Below, piece by piece: positions 1 to 13,000 of a DNA stretch of 64,000 nt; position 1 is the first letter of the stretch, and each line of letters opens with the position of its first letter. The notes under the pieces were generated by a model. It was not told the DNA's origin. It searched no databases and worked only from the letters and a program-made list of their open reading frames with translations. The DNA is from Camelus dromedarius (taxonomy: Eukaryota). The position numbers and the translations under genes are program-made. The DNA is taken from contig NC_087437.1 of NCBI RefSeq assembly GCF_036321535.1, positions 40,364,001-40,428,000 of the forward strand, read 5' to 3'.

Positions 1-399
1 AGGCAGGCGTTTCAAGAGGCAGCCACCACGTTGTCACCTCTGCCGAGTTTCCACCACTGGGGCCACTAATACACTATCTGACTCATGGGAAGAAACATTG
101 ATAAATTCACCAAGAAAGGAGAGAGCTAACAAGAAGGAGTATGGGCCAACATTTGACATGGTGGTTTTCACAAAGTGTGGGCCCGACTCCCTGGTTGGCG
201 CCGGGCCGCCTGGACCACTCACATACTCCCCCAGGGCTCACCACCCACCGGCGCCCGGGTCTCTGACCTCACCTCCCACCTCTCCCAGTGCGGCTTTCTG
301 AAAGACATCTGAGCCATTTCTTGGTAAATGTTCCCACAAACCAGTCTCAGGAAATGCTTGACAAAACACTCGGCCCCCAACGAGTTCTTATCTCTTAAA

Positions 400-605
400 G
401 ACACATACTGAAATATTTACGGATGAAGTGATACGGGATCTGGGATGTGCTTCTGAGCAAATATGTGGGAGGAAGTGGGTGGGTATGGATGAAATAAGCT
501 TAGCCATGAGTTAATAATTGTTGAAATTGGGTGATAAGAACATGGGGGGGGGTCATTATACTAGTCTATTTTTTGCATGTTTAAAATTTTCCATAATTAA
601 AAAAG
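400..605 (+). mobile_element. L1ME-like 3' end
   Basis: CATACTGAAATATTTAC.GATGAA..TGGGATGTGCTTC..CATGAGTT.ATAATTGTTGAA; a similar copy lies at ~10140-10520. Confidence 0.6.
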
Positions 606-1129
606 TTAAGGGGCAAAAGGGCACTTCATCTCATGTCATGGAAACAGACTTAACTTTTGGATTAGTTTGGGTATTTTACTGCCTAAATAATTGCCTAGAC
701 TAAAACAGTAAGTAAATGCAGGCATATGGCTGACAAACAGTCATTTTGTGGAGTCTCGGGAGTCACAGCAGGGAAGAGAAAGTACTAGGTATCTTGTCTG
801 CTGCTCGTCTTGAAACTATTATGGTCCTGTGCCGCAGGGAAGAAGCACATAAAACTCTGGAACATTATTCCAGTAATTGGATTCAAAGGGCTGAAGATAC
901 CATCTGGGAAAAGACAGTTTAACTTGATTAAGAGATAATTGTGGTTTTTTATGATGGCGGCAATGATCTGGCTTGACCTGTCTCAAAATTTTCATACATT
1001 AGTTTCCAGGCAGCCTATTAGCATTATAATCCCTTTGAATCATGAAACTGTACAAGTCCGAGAAAAACAACTGTGACATGGATAGAATTGTCTTTGGAAC
1101 ATCTTCACCAGCCTTTTTAGCACTCCTGT

Positions 1130-1345
1130 GAGGCAGTATCATACACTGGAAAGATCACAAAAAAATTGACTCGACTTCCATCTCACACCTGCTGTGACTT
1201 TTGGCAAGTTACATAAGCTCTCCAGACCTCAGTTTCCTCATCTATAAAATGGGCCTAATAATACCTACTTTGCAGGGATGCTGTGAGGATTATGGGTAAT
1301 GTATGCAAAATGCCTCTCCCATCACAGACACTCAGTTAATGGTAT
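1130..1345 (+). mobile_element. MIR SINE
   Basis: Core motif CCTCAGTTTCCTCATCTATAAAATGGG..AATA. Confidence 0.75.
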
Positions 1346-2983
1346 CCTGTATTTATAACTGCATGTTCCTCTTTAGCCTACTCCACATCTCCCAATATAG
1401 TGCCTAACACATGGTAGGAAGGCAGCACATGTTTGTTGAATTACATTAAAGCTTGAGGTGGTAGATAGAGTTGGGAGGAAGTATTAAGACTATACCTGAA
1501 CCTTCCCTTTGCAGGCCACACATTCTCATGAGAGCTTCTCCACCTAATTGCTCAAACCAGAAGACAAAGAGTCATTCATATCTCCCTCCTTCTCTCCCTT
1601 ACATATAATCAATCACCAAATTCTATCTATTCAAGTTTTTAATTTTCACTAGAATCTATTCACGTCCCTCAAATTCTACTGCTACTGCCTTAGTTCAAGA
1701 CTGTCTTCTTTTTCACCTGTTCTATAGCCAAGTCAGGTCTCTTCACATCTGTTCTCAATTCTTTCTCTTCACTGTAGCTGGAGGGATTTTTTTTTTTTTT
1801 GAAAATTTTAAATATTTACAAAATAGAGAGCTTAATAAACTTCCATGTACCCATCACACAGTTTCAACAATAATCAACTTTGTCTCATATATACTCCACC
1901 CACTTTCTCCAAAATTCTTGAATCATTTGAAGCAAATTCTAGAAGTCACAGCTTTTGGTGGGGGTTCTTTTCATGCATTCAGAATGAAATTCTAAATCCT
2001 TCAGTGGCTTGCCATGATCTGATCCCTGCTGACTTCAACTGCAGATCACAATTTGCTGTTCCCCCTCCCCAGACCCAGTCAAACCATCCTTCTCTCGGTT
2101 CCTCCAACATTTTATGTTGTCTCCTTACGATCCTGGCTGGGCTGTATTCAGTGCCCAGAAAGCCAGTCCTTTATCCTCTTTCACTCTCTTTGCTCAGCTT
2201 CAACTTTTCCTGCTCTGTCTGTCACCCTGCACATGACTTCTCAAGAGGCCCCTAGGCTAGGGCTCAGTGCCCCTTGTCTGCTCTCTCAGTCCCGTGCTTC
2301 TCCTCCATTTATACTTATGTAATTTTGTAAGTAGTCATGCAAAGGTGTCTCCCCTGTTAAACACAAACTCTGGGCATAGGAGCTGTGTCTGCCTTATTCC
2401 CCGGTGAGGCACCCAGCCCACAATCCCTTCCTTACAGGAGGTACCTAATAAGTGTCTGTTGAATGAGGTCTCCAAGAAAGGTAAACACAAACACCATACC
2501 CACTTCATGTAAATTGCTTATAGACCAGTGTCCTAAACGTTTTATAATCATAAAAGCAATGCTCAGACCTTCAACTGTCCGTGTATTTTGTTATATTCAA
2601 TGTGACTTTTTTTAAAGACTGTGAGCTGCACTCTGCCAGACCCTGAGGATGAAAGTGAATAATACATGGGTCCTACACCTAGAGAGCTGAGTCTAGTGGA
2701 AGAGACAGTCACTTAACTATCTAAAACTTGGTAAACACTTCTCATGTTTTACATGTAGGAGCCAGAATATTTAATTATTTAGACAATCTGTAAAGTGTCA
2801 AACAACTAAGAATAAGCAGGAGTTTGCTGTAAAAACAACAGCTACTATTTACTGGGTCCTTCCTTTGGGCCAGGTATAGTGTAAAGCATATTTCACACAT
2901 GATTTCCTTTAATCCTTACAACACCCTTTGAGATATGCCTCATTATTCCCATTTTACAGGTGTATTTTAAAAACTACCAAGGC

Positions 2984-3085
2984 TGGGTGGGGTATATAGT
3001 TCAGTTGGTGGACCACATGCTTAGTATGCACAAGGTACTGTGTTGAATTCCCAGTACCTCCATTAAAAGAATTAAAAAAAACCCA
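2984..3085 (+). mobile_element. tRNA-Ala-derived SINE (vic-1-like) inside a MIR
   Basis: tRNA-like head, A-tail, perfect 15-bp TSD AAAAACTACCAAGGC. Confidence 0.9.
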
Positions 3086-4227
3086 AAAAACTACCAAGGC
3101 ATTAAAAACTTAGGTAACTCTAAGTCACCCAGGATTTGAAACCAGGGAGTCTAACTTCAAGGGGAGCACCCCGACACTCTATGCTGGGGCGAACAAGTAA
3201 TCTTTGAGTACTGCTGTAGGGAAAAATACAATAAAGAACACTTCTCGATTCATCTGCACTTTCCACCCCGTGCTCTGGTGTCAGAAGCTGTGTGTGCACT
3301 TTCACGGAAAAATAGCAGCTGTTAAAAAAACTGATAAAGCCAGGTTCCTGTGGGCCCAAGGCGCTAACCACTGAATCTGGACTTTGTACCAAACCTTTCC
3401 TATAAAAAATGTATAAACCGGAAACTCTCAAGTTGTGAAGCTACTGCTTGCCATGAACTTAGGCTCTTTTCTCAGGCAACTTGAAAGCTCTGCATTGTCT
3501 CCATCACTGTACACTGTATCTTGCCTGCTTACCTCCCACAGGTGGGTGCTGACCAAAAGGATATTTATTATATTTTCAAAAAGAGAAATTGTTACGGGAA
3601 ATTACATTTTTTGGACCCTGAACCATGAAAAGAGATTTTGTATTAATTATGCATACCTGGGAATTTGTTTTAAATTTTATATTAAGGAAAAATTCAATCA
3701 TATACCAAAGTAGATCAAATAGTATAATAAACCTGCCTGTACCCATCACCCTGCTTCAACAATGATCAACTCACAGCCGATCTGTTTCATTTATATTGCC
3801 ATCGACTTCTACCCCTCCTGTTTTATCTTGAAGCAAACATGTTCGGGAATATTTTGAATGCTGTGTTCTGCTGGTAAAGTGTAGAATGTATGGGGTCAAT
3901 AGAATAAATAAACATGACTTTGTCAGCAACGTACCTGACAAAACAGAAACAAGAGGAACAGGCTGTGTGGTTTTGACCACAGAAAACTGGCGTGGATTAT
4001 GGGCATTTGCACGGGCAGGTAATAACGCACCAGGTGGGCAAAATTTCACTGTGGACAAGGGAATGTGGTGGGTCTGCCTGTCAAGTATCTTGAGTATAAC
4101 ACCTCTGCCTCTTGTCCCCCCCCACCCCAGCATGTTCGCCACCAGTGTAATTAAGTCACGTCTTTGTGGATCTATATTGCCTCCTGGACTTCCCTAAACC
4201 ATTGCTGCAGGAAAGGAAACCCCAGAG

Positions 4228-4546
4228 CAGCACTGTCCAGTCAAAATATGTGAGCCACCTGCATAATTTTGCATTTTTTAGTAGTCACAGTGTAAAAAGA
4301 AGAAACAAGTGTAATTAATTTTAGTATTATATTTCTTTAACCTAATATATACAAAATGTTATTATTTTAATACAGTTTCAATATAAACAATTGTTTTCCA
4401 GATATTTTACATTATTTCTTTTGTACCAAGTCTTTGAAATGCAGTATATATTTTATAGGTACAACATATCTCAAATTGGACTACCAATATTTTAAGGACT
4501 TCATTCATATTTGTAAGTGATGAGTGGCTTCTGTATTGGACAGAGC
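4228..4546 (+). mobile_element. MER33-like hAT-Charlie DNA transposon
   Basis: Terminal inverted repeats (TIRs) CAGCACTGTCCA...TGGACAGAGC; AT-rich interior resembling the recalled consensus. Confidence 0.75.
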
Positions 4547-4869
4547 CCAGGGTAGGGGAATTAACAGCTACTTTGCAATTTTCTTGAAAATAATGCTACT
4601 AAAGATTTCTGGCAAAGTTGAAGTACAGTGTGTATAATGCTGGGCTTCTCCAGGAAAGCCACTGAAATGAACACAAAGAACAACAATAAAAAGCTTAGAC
4701 AAGTCCATCTACAAACAAGGAAGTAAATACAACTTCCCAAATCCAGGCTATGAAGAAATGTGGCTGTTCAGATCTTGAGCAAGATTATAGCAAACAGAAA
4801 GGATGTCAGTGGTTCCTGAGAGGTTCTCCGTTTACCACAAGTATGGTAAAGTGTAGAGGCTCTGAACAC

Positions 4870-5070
4870 TTAACATCCTGGTTCTGTTCTTTACAAGCTG
4901 TGTGTCTTGGGCAAATTATTTTTCACTTCTCTGTGCCTCATATTCCTCATCTATAAAATGGGGATCATAAAATTAAGGCGGTTGTAAGGATTAAATGAAG
5001 TAATACAAGTAAAACACTTAGAACCAGATGCCTGGCCCATGTTAACCTCTCCATAAATGTTAACCATTAA
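4870..5070 (+). mobile_element. MIR SINE
   Basis: CTCTGTGCCTCA..TTCCTCATCTATAAAATGGGGAT..GTAAGGATTAAATGA. Confidence 0.75.
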
Positions 5071-5084
5071 AAACAAAAACCTGA

Positions 5085-5545
5085 AAAAGGTGAAGGATTA
5101 AGTCATGGGTTATTTGGAAGAAGAAAGTTCCAAAAAGAGACAGGAAGTATAAAGGCCCTGAGGCAGAAGCCTACCTGGCATATTAAAACAAACCAGCCAA
5201 CCACCAAGGAACCTCTTGTGGCTGAGCAGAGAGTGGAGTGTGGGAGGAGATGGTTCCAAGAGGTAATGGCCACAGAGGGGGACAGTGTAGCTTTACAGGC
5301 TATTGTAAGGGCTTTGGCTTTTACTGAATGAGAGGGAAGCCACTGGAAAATTTTGACCAGAGAGAGATAACATCTGACCTACATTCTCAAATGACTGTTC
5401 CAGCTGCTGCGCTGCAGATGGGCTGAAGGAGGACAAGGTCAAACACAGAGCACCATTCAGGAGGCTATTCCAACAATCCAGTCAAGAGGTGGGTTGTGGC
5501 TTGGATCTGGGGAGGAAGCAGTGAAGTGGGGAGAAGTAGTCAGAT
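5085..5545 (-). mobile_element. L2 LINE fragment
   Basis: AAAGGCCCTGAGGCAG, GGGAAGCCACTGGA..TTTG and GGAGGCTATT..AATCCAG motifs typical of antisense L2. Confidence 0.65.
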
Positions 5546-7036
5546 TACACAAACGTGCAAAAGTGTAGGGGCAAAGATGTTCAAGGCAGTGTTGCTTGTA
5601 ATTGAGATAAACTAGAGTTAACCTAAATGTCCATTAAAAGAAGGCAGGTTAAATAAATTATGGCACATCTTTTTTTTCTAACTTAAAAACTTCTGTAGTG
5701 ATTGAAAGAATATGTTATTTTTAAAATTAAAGTCTAAGTGAATAGTACTCATTTTTAATGTTAGTCAATTCAGCATAGAGGGATATTTGCTGTAGTTTCA
5801 ACAAAAGCATGTTTTGGGACCATGAAAACATCTTGTTTGGCAATTAAAAATACAAACCTAGCAGCAATGAAATTGGAGTTCCTTATTTAAAAAAGAGTTA
5901 GAGTCAAACAAAAATATGCACATGTACCTGCTGAACTAGTGTGCCAGTAATTCATGACTGGCCACTACAAAGCATGGGCTTCTATTCTTTTCCTTTTTAA
6001 AATTTTCGGTAAAGTATATATAGTCCAGGAAATGAGGAAACAAGGGCTGGTTTTTACTGTAACTTTTAAGTTTGACTTTGCTGTTACAAAGCATCTAAGG
6101 TCTGAATAGAGTTGTCTAAGGGGTGAAACTGGGAAGTGGATATGTGATTGTGAATTTACATATTGGTCAGGCATCTCTTTGGTGGAGGTTAAAAACTGAT
6201 CATTTATTACTCACTCACCACATGCCAGGAAGCACTGTGCCTTGTGTTTTTACAACAATTTCTAATTTTTTCAATACGTAATCTAATTTCTCAAAATTGT
6301 CCAAGGTCATTAGCTAAACAAATGGAAGAGCTGAAAGTCATACTCGGATTGTCTCATGCCAAATCCCACCCTCATTCTGCTAGCACACTGTATTCGGTAG
6401 AGTTGGCTGGGTTGATTTTTGAGACTTTTCTTAAGAAAGAAAGTGTATCCATTTGGATTATATTCAATTGCTTGCAACAAACCTTAACCAAGAGTGCTGT
6501 AAACAAATAAGGGGATTATTTTTCTCACGTAATAAGAAGTCTGGAGCTGGGCAGTCTGCAGTAGGTGTTGCTCATTTTGTGTGTTGCCCTGTGGCCATAA
6601 AACGGCTAGTCCCCTTCCAAGTTCCCGGAATAAAACAGAAGGAGAAAAGCGTTGGTGCCCAGGTCAGGAGCACAAAAAACCTGAGCAACTTCCTTCACCT
6701 CAGTGGCTGGAATCGAGTCACGTGACAGCCCAACAAGGACGTCTGGGAAGGCGAGTGTTTTGGCTCCACGGGTTGCCTCCTTGGACAAAATCTGGGTTCT
6801 TTTAGAAAGGAAGGAGGAGGAATGGACTGAGGAGGTAAGAAGGGTGTGCCCCATGAAGAATATCTGATAGATCAAGGATGTTGGGGGAGAAACAGCTGCC
6901 TCAGAAGTGCCACTGGATCAAGTGGATTCTAAGGACTTTGGGCGCCACTGCTGATGTATTTTGCTGCAAGAGGCACGGAAGGTAGTCTTTGTTCTAAGCA
7001 GCCCTGGGCTCAGCTTCAATTCTATTATTATGGATG

Positions 7037-7406
7037 TGTTACTGGGAAAAGGGAAGTAAGAATTACCTCAGTTCTTAGTCACCCCCCCAAAAAAAGAATT
7101 TTGAACGAGAGACAGAAACCATGATATAAGCAAGATTTTTATTAGTAAAGTAAAAAAGTAGTATAAGATAGTACACTTCCGAGAACTGGGAGCGGGCCAA
7201 TCCAAGAGAGGAAAAATGGCGCCGCTCCTTTGTTTTTCCATCTTATATCCTGACTTAGATTGTTTTTTTGTGATTGATTGATTAACAGCTCAGGTTCTTT
7301 GAGTGATCAAGCTGATTGACAGCTCAGGTTCCTTGTGTGTTCTGGGTTGTTCCTTTCCCCTCCCTCTCCCCCTGCCCAGTGCTCATTTCTATCTGACTGC
7401 GTAACA
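7037..7406 (-). mobile_element. Solo ERV LTR (ERV1-like)
   Basis: TGTTAC...GTAACA termini with a 4-bp TSD (GATG). AATAAA (7138-7143) and a TATA-like motif (~7244) on the - strand. Confidence 0.85.
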
Positions 7407-8599
7407 GATGGAGGAGAGAATGGATATTGGGGAACAAGGAAAGGCTCTGCCCCAGTCCCTCTACCAGCCCCTGAAACTGATTTCCCTTCAGGAAAGAGTC
7501 TGGTATGCACAGCCATATATATGCTCTGAATCTGTTCTAGACAGGAGGGGTCTGAGAGCAGTTGTTGACACAGGCTTTGGGATACAGAGTAGTGGGCACC
7601 TGAGGATACTTGAGGATGCTGAGAACATTTGAAAACAATTCATTCTCCTAGACTGGCCTGGAAAGAATCATTAAGAGTGCAGGCTAGCTCTTCAGTGTCA
7701 CCTCCTCCCAGCCCTGTCACTAGCAAGGCACCTCACCTTCCTAGTCCTCCTTTTCCTCTTCTTTAAAGAGGAGTAATAACCCTACCGTGTAGCTTGAAGT
7801 GATGCACGTCCAGCTCCTGTTTTATACTATACACGCCACAGATGGCAGCTGTTATTTTTGATAGGAGCGTGTTCTGGCCCATACGACTCCTGCTCTAACT
7901 CAGCTCGCATCCTCTCCTCAGCTATATTGACTCACGTGCTATTTCTCTATCTGAACATGCACTCTGCCTAGCTTTCAGCTTCTGGCTTTGCTCCTGGTGG
8001 AATCTTGGCTGAAATACTTCACATCCTGGTAAATCCTGTAGTCTTTAGGACTCAGCACACCTCTCCCTTTCTCCAGAAGTTTCTCTCTGACCTCCTCAAG
8101 TTAGATCATGCCGCTCCTGGGCCCCCTAACAGCCCACACTTAACTTCTATCACTGTTCAGTTTTACGCCCTTGGGCTGGTTTGGTACATTACTTGTAAGA
8201 CCAGTAAAGGCATTTTGGGAGGTTAAGAAAGGCCCAGGCCACTCCCCTTGTACCAGGCTCTTCAAGAAAAGGAGGAAGAGGAAATTGTGCCAAGTTTTAA
8301 ATGTTTAAATAATTGGCAAGTCATAGGTGCTCAACAAATATTTGTTGAATAAATATAACAAATTAGTACTGTTGACATAAAAAAGGCATTGCAATATAAG
8401 TGTGTTATCTGCAGATATGCTACTTGCAGATTTTTATTTTAAAATGTGAATTCATACTGCACTACAGGCGGTTTAGTGCACGGATCAAGTTCTGTCTCCA
8501 TGCGTGTACCCTCATCTGAAGACAACTGCCAGTGGCCCCCTGCCTACCCAGCTGGGGAGATGCTAGCTCCTTGGTCAGGGGTGGGGGTGGGGGTGTCTC

Positions 8600-9520
8600 A
8601 ATTCTCGGCCTGCGGAAAGGGGTCTAAGTGCCGGGGGACCCTCCTCGCCGTCCCCGCGTCTTCCACCCTACACCCTCCCGGCGTCCCCCATGCCAGCCTC
8701 CACCCCGCCTCTAGCCGCCCCGCCCGTAGGCGGCGCCCTCGGGCCCGTCTCCCGCTGGGGTCGCGGCGGGGCTTGTGCGCTGAATGGTCTGCGTCCGCAC
8801 TTCCTGGTCGCCGCGGGCGTAGCCGCCGCGGCGTTGCTGCGGGGTTCGTGGGATAGTGCTCGCCGCCCTCGCCCGTCCCTGGTCACCTGGGGCCGGGCGC
8901 AGCAGGTGTCCAGGCGGCGTCTGGTCGGGCGCTCAGCGCTGGGGACGCCGAGCGCAAGCCGAGAGCTACCGCACCTCGGGTGAGTTGCGGGGACCTGCGC
9001 CTGGAGCCTCGCCGTTGCTTCCCCGGCCCAGGCACGGGAGGACTTACGGCACCGCGCCGCTCCTGCTTCCCGGGTGGACGCTCTGTGTATTACTGGGAGA
9101 GGAATGTCCCTCCTACGGACTCAGTGGCTGGGGTTCTCGACTGCTTAAGAGATCTTGGGGTGGGTGGGCTCCCTGGGCTGAAAGCGGAGGACGCCTGAGG
9201 CTGAGCGCTCCGGCTGGGGGGTTGTCCTGGGATTGAGGCCCTAGGGGTGAGGTAGTGGGGATGAAACCTGGCGACCTGGGTTGGGCTTATACGCTAACCC
9301 AGACACTCGCATCCCCTTTCCGGGGGAGATGCTGTTAAACATCACTAAACAGGTGATGTTATAAAAATAGTGTATGTAACTTTCCTTCGTGGCACACCGA
9401 GGTGGGCGTAGTCAGACACACACGCTCGTGTATTCGTTGGGGCGGACTTTGCGTCCCCTCTCCTGGCCCTCGGGCGTTGGGGACCGTGACCCCGCGCGCG
9501 CCGGGCACTGGGATTAAGCC
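8600..9520 (+). promoter_or_regulatory. GPR160: CpG island / GPR160 promoter
   Basis: Very GC- and CpG-rich. GC boxes (CCCCGCCT ~8703, CCGCCCCGCCC ~8715) and an ETS-like CACTTCCTGG at ~8798; no TATA box. It is the only strong CpG island upstream of the GPR160 CDS. Confidence 0.85.
8800..8979 (+). other. GPR160: Putative non-coding exon 1 of GPR160 (start approximate)
   Basis: Consensus donor CGG|GTGAGT at 8979/8980 inside the CpG island. The TSS is inferred. Confidence 0.6.
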
Positions 9521-10007
9521 TGAGAGTTTTTCAGGGCTGTTTGTTCTCGGAGACTGTGGCGTTCTGGTTCGTTTCTCAGTGACCAGCCTGGGTGGCTCAA
9601 AATTCCTTGTAAATTACCTGGGACCACCCTCCGGAATTTGTTGGCTCAGTGAAGTGCCTTTTCTCACCTGGGCAGGTGACTTCGGGATGTAGCCTGCCCC
9701 TCCCGGCATTCCGAAGGCGACCTCGAGGACCCCGCCTGCAGAATAAGGTCCAGCTGGGAGGAAACTTGCTTGCTTCGCCCCTCCTTGTGCAAATGACTCG
9801 GTAAGTGGGACGAGGGTGTTGCTTAAACCCCAGGGATAAACCCACTCAGATCAGAATTGCAAAGGACAGGTGAAAGTGTTTGGATCTCAGAATTGCTGAT
9901 TGCTTCAGGTCAGATTATTTCGCTTGTGCTTTTCTGGTTTTTTTTAAGCTGCTTTAATTGTAAAACGATTAATTCACATATACATTATTTACATATTTTT
10001 TGGACAG

Positions 10008-10065
10008 CCTCTAAGACTGGAGTTTCTTTGTGGTATCTCTAGAATAGAATTATTGAGAACTGCAG
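10008..10065 (+). other. GPR160: Candidate 5'UTR exon of GPR160
   Basis: Acceptor tttttggacag| at 10007 and donor CAG|GTGAGG at 10065/10066. Splice motifs only. Confidence 0.4.
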
Positions 10066-13000
10066 GTGAGGACCAGCATGGCTTCTATGAGAATCACAAG
10101 GACGGGGAACCTGTGGTTTAGAAACTATTTAAGAGACATAAGGCGACAATATGATGTGTAAACCTTGGTTGGATCCTGATTTGATGAAAAAAGTTTTAAA
10201 AAATTGTGCTGGTAGAGGATATCTACTGGTTATTTGATAGTATTAAGAATATTAGTTTTGTTTAGTTACTTTTGGTAACATGATTTTTTTTAACCTTTAT
10301 CTTTTAGAAATACATACTAAATTTGAAATATAGGTTGGGGATTTGCTTCAAAATAATCCAGTTTTGGGGAGGGCTGCTAGTGGAGAAGTCAGAGGGGACA
10401 AGCTGAAGGGAGATTGGCTGTGAGTTGTTCCTGATTGAAGCTGGATGAAGGAAGGGTAGGGGGTATGGACTGCCTTGTACTATTGACTCGACTTTTGTAT
10501 GTTTGGCATTTTCCTTTAAAAGTAACGCCACCACCTTTTTGCAGAAGATAGATTTGGAAGGTCACACAAGTGAGTCTAGATTCAAAGCCTGCCACAGACC
10601 CTCACTCTTTGTTAATTAGGCGTAAAGACCGCTTCTCTAGACTCGTAACAAGTCTTCTTTTTCTCCTTCCTTGGGGGGTGCCGCTTTATTTTGTTCCAAA
10701 GGCATAGAGCGTTTGCTGAGTGTGACAGAGCTGAGAGGATCAAGTTGATGCAGGTGGATGCTGGGTCAGCTTTTTTGTTTTCATCAAAGGGTATTAGCAA
10801 GCCTGGAGATTGAGTTATCTCCAAACGGATAGGTTGTGTAAAATGTGTTAGCAGTTTTTCTGAACTGCCCCAATCCTTTCCAAGTTATGCTCATCAAAAA
10901 CCAGAGTTCAGAGAAATGAACGCTCCCATACACACTTAGGAAGTGGAAGCACTGTATACATCAATAAAAAGTCTATGTTATGAAAACAAATCGTAAGGTG
11001 AATGGAGATCTACTTATTACCTGAAAGAGATCTTATCTGTGTGTGGCCTTTTTCATATCCTTACCTTGTTTGCTTCGGGCATCGTGACACGTAAATATTT
11101 AGCAAAGAACTGACTTCTAAAATTTCTGCACATTCTTTTTCAAGAACCCTGCTCTCAAGAGGAGAGATGTGGGAAGTAATATCTATATGTTTATCCAACT
11201 TGCTTATTTCCCCCGCTCTGGATTTATCATGTAATTCCTACTCATCCTGTTGTGCCTGATTAGTAATTTGGAAAAGTGATGATCGTATGAGGGAGCTATT
11301 AAAGTTCAATAGAGGGAGGAAGGGAAGGCATATCCTGAATGATAAACCCACATTTCTTTGTAACTTCTGTAGAACTGATTTTAATGCCTCTTTGCTTTTA
11401 AGAGAAAACAAGCCAAGTAAATTGTATCTGTGAGAGCTGAAAGTTGAAGTGTTAGCTGAAACCCCTCAGCCTAGACCTTGCCCGTGTAGGTTTGCTAGAA
11501 TAAAAGTTGTAAAGATGCTTTAAGTCAGATTCCATTGAGGAGCTACCAGAGCACATCCCGGTTTCCTCACCGTGCGTGGGGAAATGAGAGAACCAACAAC
11601 AATCCCCTTACAGTTGGAAAATTTCACAGTAAATTCATGTTGGCACTTAAGGGAAATTGTTCTGCTTGTGGCTTAGTTTTCTCCATGTGAATAAAAGAAA
11701 TAAGCCACTGTTCAGTGACTTCATTTTCTACCTCAGTTCTCTAAAACAAGAGCATGGAGAGAGAAAAGAAACTTGCCAGGCCCTTAAGTGACCAGGCAGT
11801 GACCTTCTGTTTGCTCTCCTCTGTGAGAGGATGGTGGAATTGGACTCTAGAGAGCCGACTGCTAATAGCCATTTTAAGGAATTACCACAAATGTGACACC
11901 ACCTTCTCCCCACATCACGTTATGAAAGGGTATAAACACATTAGAAAAGCAAATTACAGGCAGCTTTGCTGGCCTGGAAGTGAGAGGAAAGGGTGTTGGC
12001 AGTCCAGTCAATACTCCGCTCCTCATTTGTTAGCACTCTGCTCTCATCTCCATCACTTCGTCCCATCCTGTGCAGTGGAGCCGCAGTGCTGGAGGCTTAT
12101 TTTAGTTTTTAACAGATGAGAACATTGAAATCTAAAGAAGGTAAGCCTTCTCAGGTTGTTTCTTTAGAGATATGGGGGAAGGAAATGTCACATTCTTGAA
12201 GAGTGCAAGTAGCCTTCACACACATGTTTTTAATTCTCACAAAGTTCTCTGAGTGAAGTGTTATCAGCCCATTTTGCAGGTGAAATTGTTAAGCTAAGAG
12301 AGGTTAGTAGTTCACTTGAGGTCTGGCAGCTGGTAAAGCAGAGCCAGGATTCAGATTCAGGATCTGTTGGATCTTAGTGTTTACATTCTTTCCAGCCTCT
12401 GTGCTGTTCCAAACTCTAGCAGACAGCAGGGCTACCGTCAGCAGGAGTTGGTTAGTTCATCTAGGCAACCTATCTTTCTGCCACACTCAACTGCGCGGGT
12501 TACAGTCTGGGGGCCTGCACCACATCCAACCAACAGGTCGGCACAGAGTTTACAAACAAAACCAAACTGACCCAACATTAAAAACTGGGAGATATCAAAT
12601 ATTCTGCCCTGAAGAATTCCCGAAAACAAGTACCAGAGCAGCCTTATCTCCAGGGAAGGGTAATGTCTTCCTGTTCCCCCTGGTCTCCACCACTCCCTAC
12701 CGTGTCCCCCATCCTTGAGGCAGGGGACCATCGCACTTGCATTGTTGTTTTTAACAGTAAGAGGTCTTTCTCTGTGTGTATCTCCCCAAAATGGGATTAC
12801 AAAAGAGAGGTTGAGGGCTCTTGTCCCAAGAAAAATGGGAAAGAGCATATTCCTCAGAGAGAATGAAGATGCTCGTGTTTACTCTGCAGAGCTTCTATGA
12901 CAGAAGATACAAGGTATGTCATTTTTCTCTCACCCTGTCTGCTTTTCTCATTTATGTAGAAGTTATAGTTTACTACCCCTGCAGTACCACAAAAATGGAG

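Noticed and set aside
8446..9236. Overlapping Arg/Gly/Pro/Ala-rich ORFs
   Set aside because: Expected by-product of stop-poor CpG-island sequence; no recognisable domain.
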